This document shows, one piece after another, positions 27,837 to 40,946 of a DNA stretch of 64,000 bases. This DNA comes from Escherichia coli (GTDB taxonomy: Bacteria; Pseudomonadota; Gammaproteobacteria; Enterobacterales; Enterobacteriaceae). The translations under genes were made by a program, and so were the position numbers. The notes beneath the pieces were generated by a model. It was given only the letters and a program-made list of their open reading frames with translations, was not told the origin of the DNA and ran no database searches. The stretch lies in the NCBI RefSeq assembly GCF_050920415.1, contig NZ_CP169309.1; one strand, 5' to 3'. Numbering within the stretch: the first letter of the stretch is position 1; each line of letters opens with the position of its first letter.

Positions 27837-28865
27837 ATGGCGCATATTGTAACCCTAAATACCCCATCCAGAGAAGATTGGTTAACGCAACTTGCCGATG
27901 TTGTGACCGATCCTGATGAACTTCTGCGTCTTTTGAATATAGACGCGGACGAAAAACTGTTGGCCGGACGCAGCGCCAAAAAGCTGTTTGCCCTGCGTGT
28001 TCCCCGCTCATTTATCGATCGCATGGAGAAAGGCAATCCGGACGATCCACTTTTGCGTCAGGTACTTACCTCGCAAGATGAGTTTGTCGTCGCGCCCGGA
28101 TTCTCCACCGACCCGCTGGAAGAACAGCACAGCGTAGTGCCTGGTTTGTTGCATAAATACCACAACCGGGCGCTATTGCTGGTCAAAGGCGGCTGTGCGG
28201 TAAATTGCCGTTATTGCTTTCGTCGCCATTTCCCGTATGCCGAAAATCAGGGCAACAAGCGAAACTGGCAGACGGCACTTGAGTATGTTGCAGCGCATCC
28301 GGAACTGGACGAGATGATTTTCTCCGGCGGCGATCCGCTGATGGCGAAAGATCACGAGCTGGACTGGTTGCTCACACAACTGGAAGCCATCCCGCATATC
28401 AAACGTCTGCGGATTCACAGCCGTCTGCCGATTGTGATCCCGGCACGCATCACAGATGCGCTGGTCGAACGCTTTTCACATTCTACGCTGCAAATCTTGC
28501 TGGTGAATCACATCAACCATGCCAATGAGGTAGATGAAACATTCCGCCAGGCGATGGCTAAGTTGCGCCGGGTAGGCGTTACTTTGCTGAACCAGAGCGT
28601 TCTGTTACGTGGTGTGAACGATAACGCACAAACGCTGGCAAACCTGAGTAATGCGTTGTTCGATGCGGGCGTGATGCCGTATTACCTGCATGTGCTCGAT
28701 AAAGTACAGGGCGCGGCGCATTTTATGGTGAGTGATGACGAAGCACGGCAGATTATGCGTGAGCTGCTGACGCTGGTATCTGGATATATGGTGCCGAAAC
28801 TGGCGCGCGAGATTGGCGGCGAACCCAGCAAAACGCCGCTGGATCTCCAGCTACCCCAGCAGTAA
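27837..28865 (+). CDS. epmB: EF-P beta-lysylation protein EpmB (lysine 2,3-aminomutase-like, radical SAM)
   Basis: 342-aa ORF with radical-SAM CxxxCxxC motif (CAVNCRYCFRR); divergent from efp. Confidence 0.93.
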   Translation: MAHIVTLNTPSREDWLTQLADVVTDPDELLRLLNIDADEKLLAGRSAKKLFALRVPRSFIDRMEKGNPDDPLLRQVLTSQDEFVVAPGFSTDPLEEQHSVVPGLLHKYHNRALLLVKGGCAVNCRYCFRRHFPYAENQGNKRNWQTALEYVAAHPELDEMIFSGGDPLMAKDHELDWLLTQLEAIPHIKRLRIHSRLPIVIPARITDALVERFSHSTLQILLVNHINHANEVDETFRQAMAKLRRVGVTLLNQSVLLRGVNDNAQTLANLSNALFDAGVMPYYLHVLDKVQGAAHFMVSDDEARQIMRELLTLVSGYMVPKLAREIGGEPSKTPLDLQLPQQ

Positions 28866-29099
28866 CTGATTAAACAGGGAAGTTTAATCTTTGCACGTTG
28901 CATAACCTTTAATTATTCATATACATTGCTGTTATTACTTTTTATATAACCAACACCAATAATTAACCTTTCTTTTCTGTTTATATAGAGTGAGCACGGC
29001 TATTTATGTTATTTTAACAACTATTACTACCAAGCCCATTTATCTGGCTTATAAATTAAAATTAATTATTTAATTGAGAAATGGTTAGGGAGAACCTAC

Positions 29100-29969
29100 A
29101 TGGCCATAAGCATCAAGGGTGTTAATACCGGTGTTATTCGCAAGAGTAATAATTTCATTGCACTGGCGCTGAAAATTAAAGAGCCTCGCAATAAAGAATC
29201 GTTGTTCTTTCTGTCTGTCATGGAACTGCGCGACCTGCTGATTGCGCTGGAAAGCCGTCTGCATCAAAAGCATAAACTGGATGCTGCAGCACGCCTTCAG
29301 TATGAGCAAGCTCGCGATAAAGTCATTAAGAAAATGGCAGAAAATATCCCAGAAATTCTGGTTGATGAGCTTAAAAATGCCGATATTAATCGTCGAGTTA
29401 ACACGCTGGAACTTACCGATAATCAGGGTGAAAATCTTACCTTCGTATTAACGCTACATGACGGTAGCAAATGTGAGTTAGTCATCAATGAGTTGCAGAT
29501 TGAAATGCTGGCGCGAGCAATCATTCATGCAATTAATAATGCGGAAATGCGTGAACTGGCATTACGTATTACCTCACTGTTAGATTTCCTGCCGTTATAC
29601 GACGTTGACTGCCAGGACAATGGCAATCTGGAATATGACACCTATTCCCAACCAGAATGGAAACATAACTTGTTCAACCATTATCTGGCAGTGCTTTATC
29701 GCTTTAAAGATGAAAATGGCAAAGAGCAATTTAGCGGCGCGGTGGTGAAAACGCGTGAAGCAACGCCGGGTAAAGAAGTGGAGGCGATCACTCGCCGAAT
29801 GCTTGATTTCAGCCCTAGACTGAAAAAACTCGCGGGTGTGCCATGTCAGGTCTATGTTCGCACCGTAGCGGCAAATAACACCCAACCGCTAACCCAGGAT
29901 CAATGCTTACGCGCGCTGCATCACTTACGTGTTCAGTCCATCAGCAAAAGTGCACCACAAGCGAAATAA
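29100..29969 (+). CDS. yjeJ: Uncharacterised protein YjeJ
   Basis: 289-aa ORF, visibly AT-rich relative to neighbours, no recognisable catalytic motif. Confidence 0.75.
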   Translation: MAISIKGVNTGVIRKSNNFIALALKIKEPRNKESLFFLSVMELRDLLIALESRLHQKHKLDAAARLQYEQARDKVIKKMAENIPEILVDELKNADINRRVNTLELTDNQGENLTFVLTLHDGSKCELVINELQIEMLARAIIHAINNAEMRELALRITSLLDFLPLYDVDCQDNGNLEYDTYSQPEWKHNLFNHYLAVLYRFKDENGKEQFSGAVVKTREATPGKEVEAITRRMLDFSPRLKKLAGVPCQVYVRTVAANNTQPLTQDQCLRALHHLRVQSISKSAPQAK

Positions 29970-30018
29970 TCTCATCTTTGCTAATGCGAGGCTGGAGTCA
30001 TCCAGCCTCTGAATCACA

Positions 30019-30372
30019 TCAATTCGGGCACTTATATACCTGGCCGATAATCTGGCTATCCGTCGGGACAAAACTGGACAACATTCCCTGCGACGGGCTG
30101 CTGATACCATAAATCACGTTACCACCCATTGCCGCTGCCTGGTTGCGCAGATCGTTTGCCGCACCACGCATAGAACCGCCTTCTTCACCGTGTTGCCCGG
30201 AAAGCCAGTTACTTTGCTTACCTGTCGCAGTACCAATCAACTGGCACTCTGCGCCTGGCTGCTCGTCCACAATGCGTACACTCTGACCGGCAGCACTCAA
30301 TTCGTTGCTGGAGCTACAACCCGCCATCAGTAGCGCGGCACCGACAATCCCTGCTAAGTATTTTACGTGCAT
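30019..30372 (-). CDS. yjeI: Putative lipoprotein YjeI
   Basis: ORF-track 128 aa; start set at MHVKYLAGIVGAALLMAGCSSS (lipobox). Confidence 0.75.
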   Translation of the reverse strand: MHVKYLAGIVGAALLMAGCSSSNELSAAGQSVRIVDEQPGAECQLIGTATGKQSNWLSGQHGEEGGSMRGAANDLRNQAAAMGGNVIYGISSPSQGMLSSFVPTDSQIIGQVYKCPN

Positions 30373-30450
30373 GTTATTCCCCATAATCAATGAGCTGGAC
30401 GCCACTCGCGTCGTCCGTGTCTGAATCTTATACTAGAAAGATGACCAAAA

Positions 30451-30480
30451 GAAAAACCCCCAGACATTTCTGCCCGGGGG
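30451..30480 (-). terminator. Rho-independent terminator of groESL
   Basis: Minus-strand hairpin CCCCCGGGCAGAAATGTCTGGGGG followed by TTTTT, just downstream of the groL stop. Confidence 0.55.
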
Positions 30481-30509
30481 TTTGTTTATTTCTGCGAGGT
30501 GCAGGGCAA

Positions 30510-32168
<1,659 letters not shown>

Positions 32169-32199
32169 TTAAATTCGTATGTTCAGTGTCGTGCGCGGA

Positions 32200-32544
<345 letters not shown>

Positions 32545-32572
32545 TTAAGTGGTTTCCCGGCTGGTGACCAGA

Positions 32573-32605
32573 GAAATGGGGGTGAGGCTTCGCCCCTTCA
32601 AGGGG
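32573..32605 (-). promoter_or_regulatory. Sigma-32 heat-shock promoter of groESL
   Basis: Minus strand CCCTTGAA (-35) and CCCCATTTC (-10) separated by 15 nt, matching the sigma-32 consensus (CTTGAAA ... CCCCATNT). Confidence 0.6.
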
Positions 32606-32768
32606 GAAAATGAAAAAAAATTCTGATCAGCACAAAATCAGGTGAAAACACTGATTCACCTCACATTTCATCGCAATTTATTCATCGCCGTCATAAGCGA
32701 ATCTGATTGTGCTACCATCGAAAATCTACGCAGTTGCCCAAGATTTGGGCGCAATCGGACATCAACCC

Positions 32769-34025
32769 ATGAGTGGACTCAAACAAGAACTGGGGCTGGC
32801 CCAGGGCATCGGCCTGCTATCGACGTCATTATTAGGCACTGGCGTGTTTGCCGTTCCTGCGTTAGCTGCACTGGTAGCAGGCAATACCAGCCTGTGGGCG
32901 TGGCCCGTTTTGATTATCTTAGTGTTCCCGATTGCAATTGTGTTTGCGATTCTGGGTCGCCACTATCCCAGTGCAGGCGGCGTCGCACACTTCGTCGGTA
33001 TGGCGTTTGGTTCGCGGCTTGAGCGAGTCACCGGCTGGTTATTTTTATCGGTCATTCCCGTGGGTTTGCCTGCCGCGCTACAAATTGCTGCCGGGTTCGG
33101 CCAGGCGATGTTTGGCTGGCATAGCTGGCAACTGTTGTTAGCAGAACTCGGTACGCTGGCGTTGGTGTGGTATATCGGTACTCGCGGTGCCAATTCCAGT
33201 GCTAATCTACAAACAGTTATTGCCGGACTTATCGTCGCGCTGATTGTCGCTATCTGGTGGGCGGGTGATATCCAACCTGCGAATATCCCCTTCCCTGCAC
33301 CTGGTAATATCGAACTTACCGGGTTATTTGCTGCGTTATCAGTGATGTTCTGGTGCTTTGTCGGTCTGGAAGCATTTGCCCATCTTGCCTCGGAATTTAA
33401 AAATCCAGAGCGTGATTTTCCTCGCGCGTTGATGATTGGTCTGCTGCTGGCAGGATTAGTCTACTGGGGCTGTACGGTAGTCGTCTTACACTTCGACGCC
33501 TACGGTGAAAAAATGGCAGCGGCAGCATCGCTTCCAAAAATTGTGGTGCAGCTGTTCGGTGTAGGGGCGTTATGGATTGCCTGCGTGATTGGCTATCTGG
33601 CCTGCTTTGCCAGTCTCAACATTTATATACAGAGTTTCGCCCGCCTGGTCTGGTCACAAGCGCAACATAATCCTGACCACTACCTGGCACGCCTCTCTTC
33701 TCGTCATATTCCGCGTAATGCCCTCAATGCGGTGCTCGGCTGCTGCGTGGTGAGCACGTTGGTGATTCATGCTTTAGAGATCAATCTGGACGCACTTATC
33801 ATCTATGCCAATGGCATCTTTATTATGATTTATCTGTTATGCATGCTGGCAGGCTGTAAATTATTGCAAGGACGTTATCGACTACTGGCGGTGGTTGGCG
33901 GGCTGTTATGCGTTCTGTTACTGGCAATGGTCGGCTGGAAAAGTCTCTATGCGCTGATCATGCTGGCGGGGTTATGGCTGTTTCTGCCAAAACGAAAAAC
34001 GCCGGAAAATGGCATAACCACATAA
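32769..34025 (+). CDS. yjeH: APC-family amino acid exporter YjeH
   Basis: ORF-track 438 aa; start set at MSGLKQELGLAQGIGLL...; multi-TM APC permease. Confidence 0.88.
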   Translation: MSGLKQELGLAQGIGLLSTSLLGTGVFAVPALAALVAGNTSLWAWPVLIILVFPIAIVFAILGRHYPSAGGVAHFVGMAFGSRLERVTGWLFLSVIPVGLPAALQIAAGFGQAMFGWHSWQLLLAELGTLALVWYIGTRGANSSANLQTVIAGLIVALIVAIWWAGDIQPANIPFPAPGNIELTGLFAALSVMFWCFVGLEAFAHLASEFKNPERDFPRALMIGLLLAGLVYWGCTVVVLHFDAYGEKMAAAASLPKIVVQLFGVGALWIACVIGYLACFASLNIYIQSFARLVWSQAQHNPDHYLARLSSRHIPRNALNAVLGCCVVSTLVIHALEINLDALIIYANGIFIMIYLLCMLAGCKLLQGRYRLLAVVGGLLCVLLLAMVGWKSLYALIMLAGLWLFLPKRKTPENGITT

Positions 34026-34040
34026 TCCGGCGTTTCGGCA

Positions 34041-34517
34041 TTAATCCTGGCGATCGTCTTTATGATCAAGGCGGTCGCGCTCATCATCCTTTCGCTGGTA
34101 CTCACCATCAAAAGTATTACCGCCACCGGTCCCGGCGCTAAAACCGCCGCCTGGCATGCGAGAAAAGCGCAAATGCGGCATCAACTTCACCGTCAGATGC
34201 TTTTGCACCGGCGGTAATAAAAGCAGAAGGCCGAGGAAGTCGGTGAAAAAGCCCGGTAATAAAAGCAGCAAACCGGCAATGATCAGCGAAACACTTTTAA
34301 TCATCTCCGCCGCTGGGTTTTCACCTGCCGCCATTTTTTGCTGCATCAGCACGAAATTCTTAAAGCCCTGGTTACGTACCAGTGACATACCGATAACTGA
34401 CGTGAATATAACCAGCACGAGGGTCAGCAATACCCCCAATACATGGGCAACCTGAATAAAGATTGAAATCTCAATATAGACATAAAGGAAAATGGCAATA
34501 AAAGGTAACCAGCGCAA
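34041..34517 (-). CDS. fxsA: Inner membrane protein FxsA
   Basis: 158-aa ORF MRWLPFIAIFLYVYIEISIFIQVAHVLGV... Confidence 0.9.
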   Translation of the reverse strand: MRWLPFIAIFLYVYIEISIFIQVAHVLGVLLTLVLVIFTSVIGMSLVRNQGFKNFVLMQQKMAAGENPAAEMIKSVSLIIAGLLLLLPGFFTDFLGLLLLLPPVQKHLTVKLMPHLRFSRMPGGGFSAGTGGGNTFDGEYQRKDDERDRLDHKDDRQD

Positions 34518-34853
34518 AGGTTTCTCCTGTAATAGCAGCCGGTTAAACCCGGCTACCTGAATGGGTTGCGAATCGCGTTCAGCTTATATTGTGGTCATTA
34601 GCAAAATTTCAAGATGTTTGCGCAACTATTTTTGGTAGTAATCCCAAAGCGGTGATCTATTTCACAAATTAATAATTAAGGGGTAAAAACCGACACTTAA
34701 AGTGATCCAGATTACGGTAGAAATCCTCAAGCAGCATATGATCTCGGGTATTCGGTCGATGCAGGGGATAATCGTCGGTCGAAAAACATTCGAAACCACA
34801 TATATTCTGTGTGTTTAAAGCAAATCATTGGCAGCTTGAAAAAGAAGGTTCAC

Positions 34854-36290
34854 ATGTCAAACAACATTCGTATCGAAGAAGATCTGTTGGGTACCAGGGA
34901 AGTTCCAGCTGATGCCTACTATGGTGTTCACACTCTGAGAGCGATTGAAAACTTCTATATCAGCAACAACAAAATCAGTGATATTCCTGAATTTGTTCGC
35001 GGTATGGTAATGGTTAAAAAAGCCGCAGCTATGGCAAACAAAGAGCTGCAAACCATTCCTAAAAGTGTAGCGAATGCCATCATTGCCGCATGTGATGAAG
35101 TCCTGAACAACGGAAAATGCATGGATCAGTTCCCGGTAGACGTCTACCAGGGCGGCGCAGGTACTTCCGTAAACATGAACACCAACGAAGTGCTGGCCAA
35201 TATCGGTCTGGAACTGATGGGTCACCAGAAAGGTGAATATCAGTACCTGAACCCGAACGACCATGTTAACAAATGTCAGTCCACTAACGACGCCTACCCG
35301 ACCGGTTTCCGTATCGCAGTTTACTCTTCCCTGATTAAGCTGGTAGATGCGATTAACCAACTGCGTGAAGGCTTTGAACGTAAAGCTGTCGAATTCCAGG
35401 ACATCCTGAAAATGGGTCGTACCCAGCTACAGGACGCAGTACCGATGACCCTCGGTCAGGAATTCCGCGCTTTCAGCATCCTGCTGAAAGAAGAAGTGAA
35501 AAATATTCAACGTACCGCTGAGCTGCTGCTGGAAGTTAACCTTGGCGCAACAGCAATCGGTACTGGTCTGAACACGCCGAAAGAGTACTCTCCGCTGGCA
35601 GTGAAAAAACTGGCTGAAGTCACTGGCTTCCCATGCGTACCGGCTGAAGACCTGATCGAAGCGACCTCTGACTGCGGCGCTTATGTTATGGTTCACGGCG
35701 CGCTGAAACGCCTGGCTGTGAAGATGTCCAAAATCTGTAACGACCTGCGCTTGCTCTCTTCTGGTCCACGTGCCGGCCTGAACGAGATCAACCTGCCGGA
35801 ACTGCAGGCGGGCTCTTCCATCATGCCAGCTAAAGTAAACCCGGTTGTTCCGGAAGTGGTTAACCAGGTATGCTTCAAAGTCATCGGTAACGACACCACT
35901 GTTACCATGGCAGCAGAAGCAGGTCAGCTGCAGTTGAACGTTATGGAGCCGGTCATTGGCCAGGCTATGTTCGAATCCGTTCACATTCTGACCAACGCTT
36001 GCTACAACCTGCTGGAAAAATGCATTAACGGCATCACGGCTAACAAAGAAGTGTGCGAAGGTTACGTTTACAACTCTATCGGTATCGTTACTTACCTGAA
36101 CCCGTTCATCGGTCACCACAACGGTGACATCGTGGGTAAAATCTGTGCCGAAACCGGTAAGAGTGTACGTGAAGTCGTTCTGGAACGCGGTCTGTTGACT
36201 GAAGCGGAACTTGACGATATTTTCTCCGTACAGAATCTGATGCACCCGGCTTACAAAGCAAAACGCTATACTGATGAAAGCGAACAGTAA
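34854..36290 (+). CDS. aspA: Aspartate ammonia-lyase
   Basis: ORF-track 493 aa; start set at [24 protein letters not shown]... (478 aa); fumarase/aspartase signature [10 protein letters not shown]. Confidence 0.97.
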
Positions 36291-36314
36291 TCGTACAGGG
36301 TAGTACAAATAGAG

Positions 36315-36342
36315 AAGGCACGTCAGATGACGTGCCTTTTTT
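36315..36342 (+). terminator. Rho-independent terminator after aspA
   Basis: Hairpin GGCACGTCA-GAT-GACGTGCC followed by TTTTTT. Confidence 0.6.
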
Positions 36343-36407
36343 CTTGTGAGCAGTAACTTAAAAATAACAATCTAATATCAACTTGTTAAAAAACAAGGAA
36401 GGCTAAT

Positions 36408-37709
36408 ATGCTAGTTGTAGAACTCATCATAGTTTTGCTGGCGATCTTCTTGGGCGCCAGATTGGGGGGAATAGGTATTGGTTTTGCAGGCGGATTGGGG
36501 GTGCTGGTTCTTGCCGCTATTGGCGTTAAACCCGGTAACATCCCGTTCGATGTCATTTCCATTATCATGGCGGTTATCGCCGCTATTTCTGCCATGCAGG
36601 TTGCTGGCGGTCTGGACTATCTGGTTCATCAGACAGAAAAGCTGCTGCGCCGTAACCCGAAATACATCACGATCCTCGCACCGATCGTGACCTATTTCCT
36701 GACAATCTTTGCTGGTACTGGCAACATCTCTCTGGCAACGCTGCCTGTTATCGCTGAAGTTGCGAAGGAACAAGGCGTTAAACCGTGCCGTCCGCTGTCT
36801 ACTGCAGTGGTATCCGCGCAGATTGCGATCACCGCATCGCCAATCTCAGCGGCCGTGGTTTACATGTCTTCCGTAATGGAAGGTCATGGCATCAGCTACC
36901 TCCATCTGCTCTCCGTGGTCATCCCGTCCACCTTGCTGGCGGTTCTGGTGATGTCCTTCCTGGTCACTATGCTGTTCAACTCCAAACTCTCTGACGATCC
37001 GATTTATCGCAAGCGTCTGGAAGAAGGCCTCGTTGAACTGCGCGGTGAAAAGCAGATTGAAATCAAATCCGGTGCAAAAACGTCCGTCTGGCTGTTCCTG
37101 CTGGGCGTAGTTGGCGTGGTTATCTATGCAATCATCAACAGCCCAAGCATGGGTCTGGTTGAAAAACCGCTGATGAACACCACCAACGCAATCCTGATCA
37201 TCATGCTCAGCGTTGCAACTCTGACCACCGTTATCTGTAAAGTCGATACCGACAACATCCTCAACTCCAGCACCTTCAAAGCAGGTATGAGCGCCTGTAT
37301 TTGTATCCTGGGTGTTGCGTGGCTGGGCGATACTTTCGTTTCCAACAACATCGACTGGATCAAAGATACCGCTGGTGAAGTGATTCAGGGTCATCCGTGG
37401 CTGCTGGCCGTCATCTTCTTCTTTGCTTCTGCTCTGCTGTACTCTCAGGCTGCAACCGCAAAAGCACTGATGCCGATGGCTCTGGCACTGAACGTTTCTC
37501 CGCTGACCGCTGTTGCTTCTTTCGCTGCGGTGTCTGGTCTGTTCATTCTGCCGACCTACCCGACGCTGGTTGCTGCGGTACAGATGGATGACACGGGTAC
37601 TACCCGTATCGGTAAATTCGTCTTCAACCATCCGTTCTTCATCCCGGGTACTCTGGGTGTTGCCCTGGCCGTTTGCTTCGGCTTCTTGCTGGGTAGCTTC
37701 ATGCTGTAA
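36408..37709 (+). CDS. dcuA: Anaerobic C4-dicarboxylate transporter DcuA
   Basis: 433-aa ORF MLVVELIIVLLAIFLGARLGGIGIG..., paralogous to the dcuB product at 54452. Confidence 0.95.
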   Translation: MLVVELIIVLLAIFLGARLGGIGIGFAGGLGVLVLAAIGVKPGNIPFDVISIIMAVIAAISAMQVAGGLDYLVHQTEKLLRRNPKYITILAPIVTYFLTIFAGTGNISLATLPVIAEVAKEQGVKPCRPLSTAVVSAQIAITASPISAAVVYMSSVMEGHGISYLHLLSVVIPSTLLAVLVMSFLVTMLFNSKLSDDPIYRKRLEEGLVELRGEKQIEIKSGAKTSVWLFLLGVVGVVIYAIINSPSMGLVEKPLMNTTNAILIIMLSVATLTTVICKVDTDNILNSSTFKAGMSACICILGVAWLGDTFVSNNIDWIKDTAGEVIQGHPWLLAVIFFFASALLYSQAATAKALMPMALALNVSPLTAVASFAAVSGLFILPTYPTLVAAVQMDDTGTTRIGKFVFNHPFFIPGTLGVALAVCFGFLLGSFML

Positions 37710-37717
37710 TGACCAAT

Positions 37718-37742
37718 CGCGGGGCTTCAGGCCCCGCTTTCT
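37718..37742 (+). terminator. Terminator-like hairpin after dcuA
   Basis: GCGGGGC-TTCAG-GCCCCGC followed by TTTCTTT. Confidence 0.5.
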
Positions 37743-37823
37743 TTCCCGCCGACTAACATCCTTCCCCCGTCCGTTGTATAGTGACCTCTCTCTTGCGGTT
37801 CCATCTGTTCTTGCGAGGTGTTT

Positions 37824-38162
37824 ATGCTTGATGAAAAAAGTTCGAATACCGCGTCTGTCGTGGTGCTATGTACGGCACCGGATGAAGCGACAGCCCAGGA
37901 TTTAGCCGCCAAAGTGCTGGCGGAAAAACTGGCGGCCTGCGCGACCTTGATCCCCGGCGCTACCTCTCTCTATTACTGGGAAGGTAAGCTGGAGCAAGAA
38001 TACGAAGTGCAGATGATTTTAAAAACTACCGTATCTCTCCAGCAGGCACTGCTGGAATGCCTGAAGGCTCATCATCCATATCAAACCCCGGAACTTCTGG
38101 TTTTACCTGTTACACACGGAGACACAGATTACCTCTCATGGCTCAACGCATCTTTACGCTGA
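37824..38162 (+). CDS. cutA: Divalent-cation tolerance protein CutA
   Basis: ORF-track 114 aa; start set at [21 protein letters not shown]...; 3' end overlaps the dsbD start. Confidence 0.9.
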   Translation: MLDEKSSNTASVVVLCTAPDEATAQDLAAKVLAEKLAACATLIPGATSLYYWEGKLEQEYEVQMILKTTVSLQQALLECLKAHHPYQTPELLVLPVTHGDTDYLSWLNASLR

Positions 38163-39835
38163 TCCTGCTACTTTGCAGCACTTCCGTTTTTGCCGGATTA
38201 TTCGACGCGCCGGGACGTTCACAATTTGTCCCCGCAGATCAAGCCTTTGCTTTTGATTTTCAGCAAAACCAACATGACCTGAATCTGACCTGGCAGATCA
38301 AAGACGGTTACTACCTCTACCGTAAACAGGTCCGCATTACGCCGGAACACGCGAAAATTGCCGACGTGCAGCTGCCGCAAGGCGTCTGGCATGAAGATGA
38401 GTTTTACGGCAAAAGCGAGATTTACCGCGATCGGCTGACGCTTCCCGTAACCATCAACCAGGCGAGTGCGGGAGCGACGTTAACTGTCATCTACCAGGGC
38501 TGTGCTGATGCTGGTTTCTGTTATCCGCCAGAAACCAAAACCGTTCCGTTAAGCGAAGTGGTCGCCAACAACGCAGCGTCACAGCTTGTGTCTGTTCCGC
38601 AGCAAGAGCAGCCCACCGCGCAATTGCCCTTTTCCGCGCTCTGGGCGTTGTTGATCGGTATTGGTATCGCCTTTACGCCATGCGTGCTGCCAATGTACCC
38701 ACTGATTTCTGGCATCGTGCTGGGCGGTAAACAGCGGCTCTCCACTGCCAGAGCATTGTTGCTGACCTTTATTTATGTGCAGGGGATGGCGCTGACTTAC
38801 ACTGCACTGGGTCTGGTGGTTGCCGCCGCAGGGTTACAGTTCCAGGCGGCGCTACAGCACCCATACGTGCTCATTGGCCTCGCTATCGTCTTTACCTTGC
38901 TGGCGATGTCAATGTTTGGCTTGTTTACCCTGCAACTCCCCTCTTCGCTGCAAACGCGCCTCACGCTGATGAGCAATCGCCAACAGGGCGGCTCACCTGG
39001 CGGTGTATTTGTTATGGGGGCGATTGCCGGACTGATCTGTTCACCATGCACCACCGCACCGCTTAGCGCGATTCTGCTGTATATCGCCCAAAGCGGGAAC
39101 ATGTGGCTGGGCGGCGGCACGCTTTATCTCTATGCGTTGGGCATGGGCCTGCCGCTGATGCTAATTACCGTCTTTGGTAACCGCTTGCTGCCGAAAAGCG
39201 GCCCGTGGATGGAACAAGTCAAAACCGCGTTTGGTTTTGTGATCCTCGCACTGCCGGTCTTCCTGCTGGAGCGAGTGATTGGTGATATATGGGGATTACG
39301 CTTGTGGTCGGCGCTTGGTGTCGCATTCTTTGGCTGGGCCTTTATCACCAGCCTACAGGCCAAACGCGGCTGGATGAGCGTAGTGCAAATAATTCTGCTG
39401 GCAGCAGCATTGGTTAGCGTGCGCCCACTTCAGGATTGGGCATTTGGTGCGACGCATACCGCGCAAACTCAGACGCATCTCAACTTTACACAAATCAAAA
39501 CGGTAGATGAGTTAAATCAGGCGCTCGTTGAAGCCAAAGGCAAACCAGTGATGTTAGATCTCTATGCCGACTGGTGCGTCGCCTGTAAAGAGTTTGAGAA
39601 ATACACCTTCAGCGACCCGCAGGTGCAAAAAGCGTTAGCAGACACGGTATTACTTCAGGCCAACGTCACTGCCAACGACGCCCAAGATGTGGCGCTGTTA
39701 AAGCATCTTAATGTCCTTGGCCTACCGACAATTCTCTTTTTTGACGGACAAGGCCAGGAGCATCCACAAGCACGCGTCACGGGCTTTATGGATGCTGAAA
39801 CCTTCAGCGCACATTTGCGCGATCGCCAACCGTGA
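38138..39835 (+). CDS. dsbD: Thiol:disulfide interchange protein DsbD
   Basis: ORF-track 592 aa; start set at [19 protein letters not shown]...; thioredoxin-like C-terminal CVAC motif. Confidence 0.93.
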   Translation: MAQRIFTLILLLCSTSVFAGLFDAPGRSQFVPADQAFAFDFQQNQHDLNLTWQIKDGYYLYRKQVRITPEHAKIADVQLPQGVWHEDEFYGKSEIYRDRLTLPVTINQASAGATLTVIYQGCADAGFCYPPETKTVPLSEVVANNAASQLVSVPQQEQPTAQLPFSALWALLIGIGIAFTPCVLPMYPLISGIVLGGKQRLSTARALLLTFIYVQGMALTYTALGLVVAAAGLQFQAALQHPYVLIGLAIVFTLLAMSMFGLFTLQLPSSLQTRLTLMSNRQQGGSPGGVFVMGAIAGLICSPCTTAPLSAILLYIAQSGNMWLGGGTLYLYALGMGLPLMLITVFGNRLLPKSGPWMEQVKTAFGFVILALPVFLLERVIGDIWGLRLWSALGVAFFGWAFITSLQAKRGWMSVVQIILLAAALVSVRPLQDWAFGATHTAQTQTHLNFTQIKTVDELNQALVEAKGKPVMLDLYADWCVACKEFEKYTFSDPQVQKALADTVLLQANVTANDAQDVALLKHLNVLGLPTILFFDGQGQEHPQARVTGFMDAETFSAHLRDRQP

Positions 39836-39871
39836 ACGACACTTGCAGTGGGAAAGACGGAGGAAAATAGC

Positions 39872-40447
39872 GTGCAACGTGAAGATGTACTGGGAGAAGC
39901 CCTGAAATTATTAGAATTACAAGGGATTGCCAACACCACGCTGGAGATGGTTGCTGAACGTGTGGATTATCCACTGGACGAGCTACGCCGCTTCTGGCCA
40001 GACAAAGAGGCAATCCTCTATGATGCGCTGCGCTATCTTAGCCAACAGATAGATGTCTGGCGTCGTCAGCTGATGCTGGACGAAACGCAAACCGCCGAAC
40101 AAAAGCTGCTGGCACGTTATCAGGCGTTATCGGAGTGCGTTAAAAACAACCGCTATCCGGGCTGTCTGTTTATCGCTGCCTGTACGTTTTATCCCGATCC
40201 TGGCCACCCTATTCATCAACTGGCCGATCAGCAAAAAAGCGCGGCCTACGATTTCACCCACGAACTGTTAACCACGCTGGAAGTTGACGATCCGGCGATG
40301 GTAGCAAAGCAGATGGAACTGGTGCTGGAAGGCTGTTTAAGCCGAATGCTGGTGAATCGTAGCCACGCGGATGTCGACACCGCACATCGGCTGGCAGAAG
40401 ATATCCTGCGCTTCGCTCGCTGCCGCCAGGGTGGCGCACTGACCTGA
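39872..40447 (+). CDS. yjdC: TetR-family transcriptional regulator YjdC
   Basis: About 191 aa from an apparent GTG start ([31 protein letters not shown]...), HTH TetR N-terminus. Confidence 0.8.
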   Translation: MQREDVLGEALKLLELQGIANTTLEMVAERVDYPLDELRRFWPDKEAILYDALRYLSQQIDVWRRQLMLDETQTAEQKLLARYQALSECVKNNRYPGCLFIAACTFYPDPGHPIHQLADQQKSAAYDFTHELLTTLEVDDPAMVAKQMELVLEGCLSRMLVNRSHADVDTAHRLAEDILRFARCRQGGALT

Positions 40448-40553
40448 CAGAAACACAGAAAAGAAGCGATTTGCCGCAATCTTAAGCAGTTGAATCGCTT
40501 TTACTGAAATTAGGTTGACGAGATGTGCAGATTACGGTTTAATGCGCCCCGTT

Positions 40554-40629
40554 GCCCGGATAGCTCAGTCGGTAGAGCAGGGGATTGAAAATCCCCGTGT
40601 CCTTGGTTCGATTCCGAGTCCGGGCACCA
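40554..40629 (+). tRNA. pheU: tRNA-Phe (anticodon GAA)
   Basis: GCCCGGATAGCTCAGTCGGTAGAGCAGGGGATTGAAAATCCCCGTGTCCTTGGTTCGATTCCGAGTCCGGGCACCA. Confidence 0.95.
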
Positions 40630-40638
40630 AATTCATAT

Positions 40639-40667
40639 AAACGGACCTCCACGGAGGTCCGTTTTTC
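40639..40667 (+). terminator. Rho-independent terminator after tRNA-Phe
   Basis: Hairpin GGACCTCC...GGAGGTCC followed by TTTTT. Confidence 0.7.
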
Positions 40668-40670
40668 GTT

Positions 40671-40946
40671 TCAGGACGCCATGTGATTTAAGCGTTCTGC
40701 CTTCAAATCATTTCTAACAATCTCAACCAAATTTTCCCACATCGCCAGCATGTTGCGGGTATACCCCAGCTCTGGGAAATTTATCCCTAAGCTATGAATG
40801 ACTCTCACGAAATGTCGTGCGGCTGCGTGATGCAGTTGAAAATCAAATGATGTCATCAAGAGCTTAACGGTATCGTTGCCGATGACATATATAAAGCACA
40901 ACCTCGGGCAGAACGCCGACTGATGAGATTTTCTGAATGAGAACAA
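40671..40946 (-). pseudogene. Possible degenerate integrase-like remnant ORF next to tRNA-Phe (uncertain)
   Basis: 91-aa ORF next to the tRNA 3' end; contains H-x-x-x-R and L-G-Y segments loosely resembling tyrosine-recombinase C-terminal motifs; no full-length partner. Confidence 0.3.

Noticed and set aside
35427-36308. 293-aa ORF antisense to aspA (similar shadows: 36846-37631 in dcuA, 61178-62176 in adiA, 56608-57120 in fumB)
   Set aside because: Antisense to strongly supported genes; low-complexity, Arg/His-rich translations typical of non-coding frames
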